Of a stretch of DNA of 64,000 bases, positions 24,349 to 37,518 are shown piece by piece. The position numbers and the translations under genes were made by a program. The notes under the pieces are model-generated. The model saw only the letters and a program-made list of their open reading frames with translations. It was not told the DNA's origin and searched no databases. Each line of letters opens with the position of its first letter. Positions within the stretch are counted from its first letter, which is position 1. Source of the stretch: Ramazzottius varieornatus (taxonomy: Eukaryota; Animalia; Tardigrada); contig BDGG01000004.1 in assembly GCA_001949185.1 (NCBI GenBank), forward strand, positions 645,620-709,619, given 5' to 3'.

Positions 24349-26382
24349 TCACTTCTTCAAGATGGAAGTCAGGACCTTCTGCTCCTTATCCGCCAATTTA
24401 ATCGCCAAACCCTGAGCTAAGAACTGTTGCAAAGGCATGCTGGTATAGATTTCTTTCTGCTTGACAGGAGGTGTCTTCCGAGGTTTCGTCAAAGGTCTCG
24501 GGGCTTTCTTGACCACTGCCGGCTGTGGAGCCTTCAAGCTAGCAGCCAGTTCAGCTTCCATGGATTTCCGCATCTTGGTTTCCGCGTCAGTTCGAAGGCG
24601 ATTCCGGTTCATCTTGACCAGCTCACTCAGCGTCGGGTTCATGAAGGCTGGCATGCGAGCAATAGCTTGTGCGAGTTGCTCCTCGGTGTAGTCGCCACTG
24701 TCCAAAGCGCGGACGAGTGGAGTGTGGTGAAGAACTTCAGTGTCTTCCACGATGTTGAAGGGTTCAGCGAAGCGGACCTCGTGCTCGGCCGAATTTTTAC
24801 CGACGGAAATCTCGACTTTGGAGTTGCGTGGACACGTCAGGAAGATGAAGGGAAGCTGGAGGCGCTGGGTTTCATCGTACTCGAATTCAGCAATGATGGA
24901 CGCGATCGAATGAATCTTCCTAATTTGATCCTCCGACTTTCCCTGTTTGAAATAAAAAGAAAACTATGCAGTTCGACATATTCACAAAAACCCCAGCCGG
25001 AAGTGAGATTTGAAAGCTTGGCAAAGAAACTCGACAACGTCTTTTTCACAAGTGGCGCACGTTTCCGATGTTATTGGCAGGAAGCATGCGCCACTCAGAA
25101 GAACAATCTCTGGTTACCTTCAATGATTCAGCGCTCGGCTTTTCCACTGTTCGTTCCATATCGCGTTTCTTGTTTTCTTCAGCAAGATCCTTCAAGGCGA
25201 GGTACAGCAGTGAGGAGTGGAAGACGCGCTGTCGGAGTTGGCGGATGCATTTTCGTTTTCGTTGCTCGGCTTCTTCTCTCATCTCAACCGGAGCTATGGC
25301 TTCGGCCAGATTCCGTGGGTTACCACACCACGCAATATTGTTGCTGCCGTCCTTTCTGATCACCCCGATGGACATCAGCACATTCAGAGCATCATACACT
25401 CGACGACGAATGTTCTTCTTTTCTTTCAGTCTTTCAGTCTGAGAAGTCTGGGTTGACGTACCGCTGATGGCGAGCTCTTCCGCCACCACATTGTACGTCG
25501 TCACCTGCAAACATAAAATCTCCATGAATTTTCCGTATAAAATCAAACAAAAACGAAAATCTAAAAAATTCACAGGGCAAATTTCTACAGTATGCTCCTG
25601 TGATATCCAAAATGCTAACGATTTTTTCATGATTGATATGCACATGGTTTGCTATTTCTTGACCATTGTTTTGGGCAAATCAAGTTATTATTTCTCCCAC
25701 CTGTTTTTCCCTGACTTTGTCGGAGACTTTCGCAGCGAAGTATCGAAGGCCACTTTCTTCGCCGTTACACCGACGAGTCTTTGATTTTTCCGTGGTAGCT
25801 CCGCTGCTCTCACTCTTCACCACAACATCAAACTGATCAGTGTGTTCCAGCAGGCCTTGAATAGATGGAGCAGGGGCTAGAGTGGGCAGGTCAGATGACG
25901 CAGGTTTGGATCGCTTTGTCCCCTTGACCACCCATGACTCCCTCGGAGCTGAAGTTCTGCGCTTTTTGGCAGCTGCCCCTGGTTTTCGACTGACGTTAGC
26001 ATTGGACAGTTGCTTCAAGACGATTGGGGTTCGACCTTTGAGTAGCGCCGTCAGCGGGGGAGGATATGGCATCTTGAAGACACCTGTAGAACAATCTCCA
26101 GTTATTTCACTGACTGATGAACAGCAGCAGGGAATTTAGGCTTCATACTGGACTACATATCCTACCTGAACTGCCCAAATTACCGGAGGTCGCTGCTACT
26201 GACCCTTTGGGCATCAGGTACACGGTGGATGACTGTGTACCATTCTTCGCTGAAGCAACCACTGCTTGTCCAAGCCTGGACGATGTCGATGAGCACGGTT
26301 GCACCATCGACACCGTGTAGTTATCTGGCACTTTGATAATCTGAAACGGTAGTGAATCGAATGGCTGAGTTTCCTGAGACAT
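24349..26382 (-). CDS. DP-family transcription factor (E2F dimerisation partner), divergent, multi-exon
   Basis: GLRYFAAKVSDKVREKQ / VTTYNVVAEEL...KNIRRRVYDALNVLMSIGVIRKD (DEF box), coiled coil, LQLPFIFL...FNIVEDTEVL (marked box). GT-AG introns at ~26085-26166, ~25506-25700, ~24944-25118. Start uncertain. Confidence 0.9.
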
Positions 26383-28455
26383 TCTAAGTGGCGAAGAGCG
26401 CTCCGGGTTCACGAAATGTTATCTGGAAGGTAAGCTTGTGTCAGTCATATGAGACATCAAGCGAATCAACAATCAACGTATCCTCACCTGATGAATATAG
26501 CGGCCACAGCAAATGCCTTTTCAGCTTTGGTTACGAACCAAAAGCGCCGCACTATTGCTTGTAGCTTGAGCAGATATCTTGACAGTCTAAAAGAACAGAG
26601 ATATGACAACCTAGTAATCCACATAGCTGAGAAGATAATTGAATTTGGCGCTGACATGATCAAGTCGCCTCGACTCACCTATAGCTTCCGGTTAAAGTTG
26701 GATAGCCTCAGCGTCGATCGGTCCTGTTGGGTCCTCAGCTTGTCGCAGCGGAGAAGCAGACCTGGCTGGAACAAGGGCGAGAAGTTGGAGAATAACCGAA
26801 TGATGTGGGCGAAGTCCGCGAAGAAGAACGCAAAATGACGCCACTCTTTTAGAAGACAAAAGACTCGGCTTCATCTTCAGAGCGCAGTTTGGCGTGAACC
26901 CTTGCCCAGCGAAACACTCAAGTGAAGATTGCACACCACGACAAGCCATATCGGTGTCTGTGAAGATCTTTGCGGGTCGGCGAGCACAACTGCCGTGAAA
27001 TGGAGGACGAACGACTCGGTCCGAAGCCGGGATGTGCTTCCCCCGCTTGATGGCACCATTTCCGGCCCCTAGGGATTCAAATTTCAGACTTTTGGAGTCA
27101 ATGTCTTCCAGTCGGTCCAGATATTTCGGTCCGGCCCGACTGTTTTCCCTTTTCAACGAGAAGTTTTCGTTTTTATAGACGCGGATTCTCCTCTTTGTCT
27201 CGAACTGCTCGTCTAAAGTCTGTATCACGATCTTCCTCTTCCTCTCTTACATGAACAACGGCCTGTTACTCTAGATATTTTTGTTCGCAAGAACTCACTG
27301 GGAGAAGGATGAAGACCAACGCATACATCGATGTTTTCATGGTGGACGAGACCGGCCGTAATCCCGATGGACCGGTTGCCTTAACTCGTCCATCGGCTTC
27401 TGAGATTGAGAACACTTCAATCGGAACGGACATCAAGGTCTCGATTCTAGTCGGAGCACGTTCCTCGAGATTGACACTAGGCAAGAAAGTCGCCAGAGAC
27501 TGGAAGAAGAAGATCCATGGCGCACTGTTGAAACTCTTCACCATCTTGACGGTGGCGGTGTCGGTGGTGCATCTGGTTGGCATCTTCATGATTGATGCCA
27601 GCTGCAACGCGGCATATCAATATAATTCTCATTGGCCGAGTCGTAAATAATCTCCAGCTGCAGTATTACGCCCATTTTTAACGGTTAATGTTGTCGTACA
27701 CTGTAGTTGTGGAAATTGATGCAAGATTTCGGATGGACGAGACGGGAACCGGTGTGGAAAGGTTGTCAAAGCGGACACGTTAGCTAGCTTCGATCATTCC
27801 GGGAACCTCGCTTTTTTTGACGTGAGGTTGTAGAGCAAAATTCGGGCTATCTGGTAGAACTATATGACGAGCTCCACAAGAAATAACTAGATGATAGTAT
27901 GTTAGGGAAGATTTGGCACTTAGGGACGCATGCATTATCCCTTGAGTTTAACGCGAATTTTATGCTATTGCTTCCTAAGTTCATGGACATGCCACGTGAC
28001 GTCATCTGGCACCCAGTAAGTCCCTGGCGGGGTTGTCAAGATACCGATATTGATATCATATTTATAGCATACCTTCGGAGTACGCAGGGCGGACCATGAA
28101 TGTACAGGGCTTCCCATACTTTGATCGTCTCGGGGTTTCCGGATCAAGACAAGACTTGTCAGGTGCGGAAGTATGACTTGTCCCTTTTCGAGGGAGCACA
28201 TACGAAATTTTTTTCGCAAGTTGAATTTTTGCCTTTTCACTCCCAGTACATATCATGGGTTGTCCACCAGGATGTGTCTTGTTTCTGGAGCAAGAACTAG
28301 TCCGTATGTTCCCCGTGGAAAGAGAGAAGATGGGTTTATGGTCAAAGGGGGAATGTTTTTTCGCCGTTTCTCCGATTTTTTTCTTCGGCTGCTGGCTCAA
28401 CCGGCTTTGACGGAAATCTTACCATTCGATAGGTCTGAGTTAGTGATGTTCTAAT

Positions 28456-30385
28456 AGGGGTCTTCAGTTTTGCTTGCAGAACTGTGTTGATTTCGTTGAT
28501 GTGGAAAACAACTTTCCGACTTTCGCTAATGGGAAAAGCAGCCCTCGAGCTGCTTTTCTTGCAAGTGAAATCCGTTAATCTCTTGCACGCCCGCCTCGAA
28601 ATTTCGATTTCTATTTGTATTTACCAATCGTTCCCTGCTTTTCTGCTTGAGCTTTTCCCCAACCGCGCAACTATGGAGTGTAGATGCCTGGCGAGGAAGA
28701 GCATTTGGTTCAGTGGATCGAAGGTCCCACCAACTATCTACTGTACAAGGATACAACTCGAAAATGACCAGAGAGAAAAAGACCGAGAAGAAAAAAAAGA
28801 AGTACGCGATTATGAATTGAAGAAACTAGAACTACAACTCGAACTAGCCAAGAAACGTTTCACTGAACAAAACGTCGAGCTGGCTTTCTGATATTCAAGA
28901 CTCTTTCTTTGATGGTCTCTCAGAAGTCTTTTCCGTCCACAACTGCAGCATCGTGGCTTATTTCTGGTATTCCCGATTCTCGATATTTTGTCCAGTTGTC
29001 ATCAAAATAGCTGTCTTTGAGTAACATGTTGTGTAAAACAACACATGCTTGTGTCCACTCTACAGCTGCTCGATGGGTCTGCTTATCGTGGATCTTAATT
29101 CTTAATGACTGCAAAGACGGAAAACGTCCCTGCAAGATGCCATTGGTGTATTCGATCTTAATTCTTGTTGAAGAGTGGTAAAAGTTGAATCGCTCGTTGT
29201 TCGGTGACATGACTCCGGCGGCGGGCTTCTTGTAGGAAGCGATGATATGGGTTGTTGTAGTGTAGGCGCTGTCAGCGAGAAGATATTCGCCTGGTGAAAA
29301 CAGCTTGGAGACTTGTCTTGCCATCGAAGAATTACTGTCTACTCTCATATCATGGGCCGACCCACGAAATCCGATAAACATGTATCGCATTTTACGCTTG
29401 TCATCGCAAACCACCATCGCTGATATTCCGTATTGGGACTTGTGGCTCCAGTAATCGTCACCATGTTTGGTAGGCTTGTACTCTAACGAAACTAACGTGC
29501 GGTCCAACATTCCAACACAACCAGGAAATCCCGAATCCCGAAGAATTCGCGCCTAAGATATCACACTTTAATAAATTTGTGGTGCTGTGTCTAGCATACC
29601 GAAGAATTTCAAGAGCTGAGGTGGAAGTACCTTAATGGTAGTTCTTTATCCGGCCGGCTAACCACACTTCCTCCTACCGACAACAGAGCCTCGATACATC
29701 TAGTGGTACAAAGAAGGACAAAGCCTTCTGAAACCCCGAAAAATCTAGCAATCTTCCCTACGGAGGCTGAGCTCTCCGAACTCCCGAAACGATAGGCGCA
29801 AATCATAAGCTGTAGTCGTGGATCGGCTTGAGGTGTTTTGCCGTGAAGGTTAAAGGCCTTATGACCGACGATCTTGCTCAGGACCATCTCAAATGACTCG
29901 CGGGACATCCTGACATCCTCCTTGAACCGTCCATCATCCGGTGCCGGAAGCAAATACTCCACAAAGTGCTTACTCTTAGGCACTTCCGGTCGCTGAAGGT
30001 ATCGTGTAGCGGTGACGAGCTGAAGTAGCACGGCAGGAACATCCACTTCATCATCGTCGTCATGCTCGTCGAGGTCCAAATTCATCTTCAGTAGCTTCCG
30101 ACCAACCACCCATTCTTCCAGATCCTCAATGAAACGCTTTCTTTCGGAAGTGCCCGGCATAATGAGTTGCAGCGCAGTACAAAGTGAGAGGGAACAGTAA
30201 AAAAATGATAATCGGGTATTAAAAGCAAACTTTTCGCCAAATTTATTCAAGAACAGAAGGTCCGTAATTCGAAGTTTGCGAAAAGTTCGAACTTCCCCCG
30301 CTCACGCTTGATTCGTGTTGATCAAGCTAATCAAGTAAGACGTTTGCGGCTTCAACGAGTTTCGCAAGCAAGACTGAAGACCCCT
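28456..30385 (-). mobile_element. PIF/Harbinger DNA transposon with both TIRs and TSD, degenerate transposase
   Basis: TIR AGGGGTCTTCAGT(T/C)TTGCTTGC at both ends, AAT on both flanks. Transposase ~30160-28920 (FKEDVRMSRESF, FPGCVGMLD, GSAHD, YLLADSAY, IEYTNGILQGRF, ACVVLHN) with a probable intron and frameshift. Coiled-coil remnant of the second ORF on + at ~28750-28891. Confidence 0.92.
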
Positions 30386-32939
30386 AATATAGTAATATTC
30401 TACTAAAGTAGATGATAGTAGATGGTTTCAGCATCTGCTATATTCAGTAGTATATACTAAACGGATTTGAGCACCGGAACCTGATATTAATGTTTTAGTA
30501 GTTTGAAATTGAGGCCCCATATTTTATTGTTATCAACATATCAATCACCTGTATTAGGATATATATTAATGAGAGTAACGCTGCCATTGGTTCGAAAAAC
30601 CGGTTGATTTTCTGAATTTTGGCGCGTGTGCGCTAGTTGTGTGGTCTGCGACCACGCCTCGCAAAGTGTACATCATCCCAGCGATGCTCCTACACGCCTA
30701 CAGTACAAGGGAAAGGTTGTAAAGTTAGCCGTCTAAGTTCGCCTGTTCTCTACTACTCAATCCCAAACTTTTAAGGATAGATCAATAGATGAAATAATGA
30801 GCTATCGAATGTTATTAGGCACAGTCGACACGAGGAGTCAGAGAATCCAAGAGATCTGCAATTAAAACAACGTTGAAATCTCATGTTAAACAGCCAAGAC
30901 TGACAATCAAACAGTCAATCAAGCGATTTACAAACCCGGTACGGGGTTGTTATCAATAAGTTTACAACCTTTACCTCGTAGGGCTATCGTAGGTGCATAC
31001 GCTTACATCATGCACCTACATACGGTGTGGCACAGCAACCTGCCATGTCACAGAGTGCAGGTGCAGGATGCAAGATCTAGTACGGGCACTGGTAGTGCAG
31101 ACGACAATTTTCTCGTCTGTCCTTTTCCGTTATGTGAAAAGTACTATCAGCTTGTCAGCGTCAGGTCAAACATCATACTCTCTTCGGGCGAATATTTAGC
31201 AGAGTGTTTTGCTGATGAGGATGGTTATGAGACTGAATGCCACAATTTCAGGCCGAGCGAAGCGAGGACCTTTTAAGTCTGTCGAGATTTCAATGGACGA
31301 TCAGATTCTTCGAGCTTTTAGATATCGCAAACACAGTACTGAAAAAAGACACGCCACTTGATCGGGGCCATTAAAAACTTTACTGGGGAACCGTACTGTG
31401 TGTCACAAGTGAAAGTGCTCGCTCTACAATGGTTTGCCTCCTTTGCTCGGCCTTTCCAGTGGTCAGAACCACTAGCTAGTTTAATACCAAACCCACAGGA
31501 GTGCTACTGTAGTCATAGTTTATTACGTCAGGCGGAGGTTTTACTATAGCAATTCCAAATTAGTAAGACTTCGGCGGACGGCTGATATTTCTTTTTATTA
31601 TATTAGATATCATTATCCCATATTATAGTAAATCACTGACCAGAGTTAAGTCTTAATGACAGCAGTCAGATGGTATCGCATTGTCACTTCTCAGAATCTC
31701 CTGCGGAGTCCTGCAGAAAAAAGTAGGCTCAAACGGGTAGCTTGTGTTCATATATCATGATTGCCTTTGTACTCGGGCAATCAACAATCAAAGTATGATT
31801 GTTGATTGAGCCAGATGACATGGCACGGCCTTGACATGGCTGAGCCATGATGTATTGCATCAAGCTTTTGCTCGCGTTTCGTACTTTGAGGTTGCTTCTT
31901 GCTCGTGAAAACTACCACCTGAAAGGAAAGGCCGACGGAGTGCTGGGGAGGGTTATACTGGTCGAGGTCGGCAGCTGCCGTGTTGTACTCCATCGGAGCT
32001 TCATGCGGCAGCGAGATCGGTGCTGAGGAGCTATCCCCGATAAAGTATGGTGTTTGTCCTAGGCTCCTAGCTTTCTGCCTGTTGTTGTGAAGAGGTTAAA
32101 GTTGTTTGAAATAGAAACTGGAATCTGTCGGGGAAACAAATTTCCTTATGCTGATTTGGCTTTTTTGACTCGTTTTTCTAACCCACCTGATTTCCCTTCG
32201 AACTTTTTGGCTGTTTTTGCGGTCTTTGACCGTTTTTTATGGATCCTTCCTCATGCCTGTATCATGTCCATGTCTCGAATGTAAGATGTCCAGTCCTTGT
32301 AGCACAAGCGGCCAGTTTCCGCACGCGAACTAACGGTGTCGTGAAGACGTCAGAGCACACGAACAGCTCCTAATCTGCCGTTCAATCCGTGTTCGCTTTC
32401 CAATGAGGGTCAGCATTCACCAAGCAAAATCCAGAGTTTGAACTCGCGTCCAAGTTTCCACCCGGATAACTTTGGCGACCAGTGTTTGAAATGAAAACCT
32501 AATAGTGCTTTTAAAAAAGCACCCATTACCGCATGTTTTACAGATAGACACAGGTTTCTAAAAGGATGTGGGTGCTCGGAGAAATTGTTTTCCCAAATTT
32601 GGACGGTTTTTCCAGAAACCAGTTCTTCTTTTTCAGGAAGAAAGTACTATAGAGCACGGGAAAGCCACTGTCTAGCCGTGGCCTGTTCGTTGGTTAGCGA
32701 ACCGTTTCTCCACCGTATACGCATGGATCGAGTGTGCCGTCCAGGGACGGATTGAGGGGAAAAAATCGCGAGCGAGCCTCGCGAGGCTCGTAAGTTCAGA
32801 CAAAATGTATGGTGTTGATAATGGTACGTTACGCAAATAGACACCAGCTTTGTTCCGGCAAAACGTGGACCTTAGCCGCCGGAAGAAGACGCCGTAAGAG
32901 CGGTAAAGTGAATGAATGCTCTACGCTCCTGGCAAAAAC

Positions 32940-34295
32940 GTAAGTTGGACGGATTTTGGAGATTCGTATTGATACGTCAGCTCATTCGATAGAGCACGTC
33001 CTCATCTTCGATTTTTTTCTTCAACAAAACAACGATCGCTTGATTGTTGTGAGCTACGAAAACCCATCATTTCAAGGGTGAAAAGTGGGAACCTGTTAGA
33101 CTACTTGTATCTGACGGGCAAAACTACAAGGTTTCCCCATGTTATACGAAAGAAGTACTTTTGGACTGATTATTAGAAACAAACGGATGGCCCTTACACA
33201 CTGCCGGCGGAGAAACTAAAAATAATTCAGAAGATACGCGAAAACTCTTGCTCACCCCTTGAGTCGGCAGCAATATTGTAGCTCGCAAATCCAACCGTGT
33301 GCAGGAACTGGCAAGTGATATTTTTCCACTGTATCAAGAAGGTTTTTCGAAGAGAATAGAATCGGCGAAGCTACTCTAAAGCGTTTTGCACGCACACAAA
33401 CCAGCCCGAAATGCATTGCATGTTGGTTTCAGGAAAACTGTTTGATTTTCACCTATTTCACGTCTTCAGCGCTGTGCTCCTTCTGGACCACGACACCTCG
33501 ACAAAATTTTACACAATGCTTTCAATAGTTAGACGTATCTGGGAACGAATTGTCGAAGAAAAGAAAGCACTGCTCATTTTTTTAGGGTGCGACTATTGTC
33601 ACCGCCCAAACCGTCTAAAAGTCTATCGCGCGTCACCGCCTTTGGTTGTTATTAAGGGGAAGGCTCCGCACACCACCTTTCACCGCCATAGTCTCCTAAT
33701 ACCACCTTTCAATTCCAAATCGTCACTACCGCTTACTCCGTATACCACTTTCTAACTAAGGGCCACCGATGAAATATGACCGTGACTGTATTAGGAGACT
33801 ACAGTGGTGAGAGGTGGTGTGCGGAGACAATGGTGGTTTTCGGTGGTGTGCGGAGCACTTTTCTATTATTAATTTAATCGATTCGTAACCGCCTTCTTGA
33901 AAAATTCATACCCCCGTGAACGAGGAAGAAAGAGCTCTGATGGTCTTACTAACAGCAAAGCGACATGGTCATCACTGCAGACCATTCCGTACCAATACGC
34001 AACCGTCTTGGCAGCATGCCAAACCGGCCAATTCATGGCTGAAAAGGCTGATCTGGTGTTTCTCTGTTGCTACATTTTCCGTGTTCTTCCCCTTGTCTAA
34101 TTTCAAGAATGTTTACAAAAGGCGGTGACGATAGATTTAAGGCGGTGTGGAATTAATTAGTTTAATTTCGAAAAAGGCGCTATCATTAGCGTTTTAGGTG
34201 GTTCAAGGCGGTGTCAATAGCGATTAGGCGGTGACTATAGCCATTTCCTTTTTTTAGGCTCAAAATCCGTCCAACTTATAGGGATCACCCTGTAC
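32940..34295. repeat. Nested degenerate inverted-repeat elements (mariner-like end plus inner GGTGGTG/CACCGCC-rich MITE)
   Basis: TAAGTTGGACGGATTTTG (~32941) is inverted relative to ~34261-34278; CACCCTG-TA end at ~34287-34294; inner inverted arms ~33660-33705 vs ~33788-33860. Confidence 0.45.
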
Positions 34296-34565
34296 AGTGT
34301 TTCCTTCCGATTGTTTCCGTAAGTTATTTTTTAAGTTTGCCTGGTTTTCAATAACGATCCAGTTTAAATTTCTGAACGTTTTATGTCCTGACAACGTTTT
34401 GGCGCGCGCTGAATATGTTCGATGAGAAGCAACTCAAAACGCAGAATAACCCCAAGGGTTCGGATCAAAATTGAATTACTGTACGTACAGTATAACAACT
34501 TATGAAACAACCCCAGCAAAAAAAACCCAAAAAAACAATTGATACACTACTCTTGATTTGCCAAT

Positions 34566-34763
34566 CTAACAGTAAGCGGATCCTCTAAGTCGATCGTTAT
34601 CACACTGGCACGGGTTCCATCTCCAACATTCGCATCGACCCGACCTAAATCCCTGCTTTCGGCAACGAACTTCACATTGGTTCATCATACATGGACGTGG
34701 CGACGCGTGAACGATCCCAAACACCGCAGTCAACAACAAGGAAAGTATAATCCAATACTTCAT
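34566..34763 (-). CDS. CSab defensin-like antimicrobial peptide, 8 Cys
   Basis: MKYWIILSLLLTAVFGIVHA signal + SPRPCMMNQCEVRCRKQGFRSGRCECWRWNPCQCDNDRLRGSAYC; CxxxC, GxC and CxC motifs, cationic. Confidence 0.88.
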   Translation of the reverse strand: MKYWIILSLLLTAVFGIVHASPRPCMMNQCEVRCRKQGFRSGRCECWRWNPCQCDNDRLRGSAYC

Positions 34764-35443
34764 CTTCTTTTGATGATAGAACGAGAATTACCGCTTACAA
34801 CCACAACCCGGAAGTACAATAAGAAACGGAAGATATGGTATTAGTATCACAATGTTTAATTAGACTCTTTTAAGCCATTCATTCGTTCGTATTACGTTAA
34901 AATACAACTTAGTTGAAACTGCGGACGTTAATTTGAACAAAATACTGTGAATACTGTGAATGAGATTTTTGGTCTCGGCTTGTTCCTACGCAATCGACCA
35001 AGGTTGAATCACTTGCAGGGGTCATTTGTGGTCCGATAGGTTTACAGAACCTGTACAGCGGTCCAGGTTTTCTTCGAAGCCTGTGGGCAACTGGAGTCGA
35101 AGATGAAAATCTTGTGGGTGAATGTATGCCGCAATAACTTGGAAAAGCGACCAGGTTAGAATTTGTGAACCTAGTGAATCAGCGGGGAAACTAATCCTAG
35201 AGACGAGCCCGTGACAGATTTTCCCATGCCACGACCTTCTGCGAATATCTTACCTCAAGTAGCGTCCCGTAATCCATTGTGACTAGCCCCATGCGCTGAA
35301 CCCGATTCTGGTACAAGTGAGTCTGTTGAGAAAGGTTTGAGTTTGAAGAATTTCGCACTCCGCCATTGCTGACTGATCCAGCTTGTACTAACACAAGTAG
35401 GAACGTGAAGCCTTTGCCTTCACATAGAGACTTATATAGTAGT

Positions 35444-35522
35444 TGCAGGAGGGATTAGTTTACAACTCGAATGAGACTTTTACTGACAGTCTCATTCGAG
35501 TTGTAAACTAATCCCTCCTGCA
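35444..35522. repeat. Perfect 35-bp inverted repeat with 9-nt loop
   Basis: TGCAGGAGGGATTAGTTTACAACTCGAATGAGACT-tttactgac-AGTCTCATTCGAGTTGTAAACTAATCCCTCCTGCA, no mismatches. Confidence 0.95.
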
Positions 35523-36637
35523 CCCGGCGTACATGACCACCGTAATTTGAATCAGGTAAGACAAGAACCAGTACCACGTCGACACACTGGTGACGACATG
35601 GAAGAATGTCCCTATCGAGTCCACCACGTAAACATCACATTATAGCTGAAAAACACAGCTGCAGCTGCCGATCACCAGGGATATTCACGGGGAAAACGTC
35701 TGGTCCGCTAGTACCAGCAGCTCACACAGATTTTAATACCGAAGTCGACACCATTCCACTGGATAGTAACGGTCGATCTTAGTTGTTGCGAATGCCCTTG
35801 CGTTCGTTGGTCCCAGGGAAGAAAATTCCGCCAGTTCGCAACAGGCCAACGAAAGCCCGAGGTAACAGCGCGCACAAGCTTTCGCCTTGTCCAGCAGGCA
35901 AAGAACCGTACACACCTATTTTTGAAACGCAGAACCTCAACCACCAGCCACAGATAACCCTCTCGAATTTACTCAAAAATCTGGATCTTGTGAAGTCAGC
36001 TGGGTTCGATGGAACGAAGTCCAGAGCGTGATCGGCAACTCTCCCCTGTGGGCTAAAGCTGAACCTTTTCATAAGAGCTATTTACTTGGCTAAGTGCTTT
36101 TCCGGGATCGGATTTCAGCTGGTTCCTCGCTACACCGAAGTACCCTCGATAAGGGTATTCTACAACCGCGATATTGGAAGTAACTTTAAACAGCAGTTCC
36201 CAGTAAGCTACCCATAAGCTACCTAGCCGTAAGAACAGAAGACACTTGCTGAAGCGGCACTTGTCTATTGAACTCTTGGCTCAAGTTTCGGAACTCATCG
36301 TGCAATCAGTCAACCTGTGCTTTTTCACTCCGGTAGAGGAACGCAGAATAGGTTTTTTCCGCAGGTGTCCGTCCAGGTGTTTATTTACCTTACTAACATA
36401 GTGATTTTGTAAGATGCTGACGCCATTAATTTTTCCGCAAGTGTTCTTTCGAGATGGTTCAAGGTCAGCACCCATTGCAAGCAAAATACTCTTCGAAAAT
36501 CTCCAGAAAACAACCCCTTCGGTATAAAAGTCGGTGCACACCAGTCTGCGACTTACTTCAGTCTATCTCAAGGAAAATACCTCGTTGTGATAAGAACTTT
36601 GTTTTCAAATCGAGTTAAAAGGCTCGACGACAACACG

Positions 36638-36904
36638 ATGGCACAAAGGACCGGAACCTTCAGTAGAGCGCTGGTATTGGCGGCACTATTGTGCTTCGCG
36701 TTTATGCTGGTCAGCATCGCGCCGGCTAGTGGTAAGCTGTACTGAAATTTAACTTTCTAGTGTTTTCGAAGCCATGCATGCTCATCCCTCATTGCGGCTA
36801 TCTGTTCGTTAGGACAATACTACGGATATTATCCATATGCATACAGCTACTATTACCCCATGTCTTACGCTTACTACCCCTACGCATTCTACGGAAAACG
36901 ATAA
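36638..36904 (+). CDS. Small secreted Tyr-rich peptide precursor with C-terminal GKR amidation signal (2 exons: 36638-36731, 36813-36904)
   Basis: MAQRTGTFSRALVLAALLCFAFMLVSIAPASG-QYYGYYPYAYSYYYPMSYAYYPYAFY-GKR stop; 81-nt phase-1 GTAAG...TTAG intron right after the signal peptide; not in the ORF track. Confidence 0.88.
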
Positions 36905-37518
36905 AGCATGTTTGAGCGTTAACATGGTGCCGAGCGATCTTCGACTTGAGAGACTGCAGCGTCAGATAGTTCATTAATCTTGTCCGCCTTTTTAAATTTA
37001 CTCGCTTCTATTCTAAATTACCAAGATGATTAGAAAAATGTCTGCCGCCGTTTCTTTCCGAATTCTCTCTAATAAAACTTAGACTCCAGTTCATGCGACA
37101 AAACCGGTGGAAGAAGGCCGATGATGTAGCCAGACTGACGCGAACGGTCTCCAGGGTTCTATTCCTGCCACGTACACAGCATCTTGAATTTTCAGTAGTC
37201 CACAGCACCCCGAACAATCCTGAATGGCGAAATGCGCGCTCTTTGTATCCTGGCCATGTGTACTTCATCCAAATGTCTTGAAGTCGCTGGGGAGGTGAAA
37301 ATCTGCAGTAATCGAGCAAGCAAGGCGCATTCTAGCACGTCCAGTTCGCAGCCTCTCCAGTTCGGTCCCATCTTCCTTATCCACCCAGATTCACAAGACA
37401 GGTGCCCATATGGACTGTTCCTGAGACAGACAGAATTCCTTTATTACAACTGTATCGATTCACTTTGCCGTTCCCTGCGGCAAAGTGATTGCAGCCTAAA
37501 AAATCGGCCTATACTGTA

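Noticed and set aside
24427-25359. 310-aa plus-strand ORF
   Set aside because: Antisense shadow of DP exons and intron; no motifs. The same applies to many other antisense ORFs in the track.
30993-31070. CTYIRCGTATCHVTECRC, resembling a defensin C-terminal half
   Set aside because: No signal peptide exon found, an in-frame stop lies just upstream, the CxxxC spacing is wrong and there is no stop after CxC.
35040-36072. Exon-like minus-strand segments around the perfect hairpin
   Set aside because: No consistent frame or recognisable domain could be assembled.
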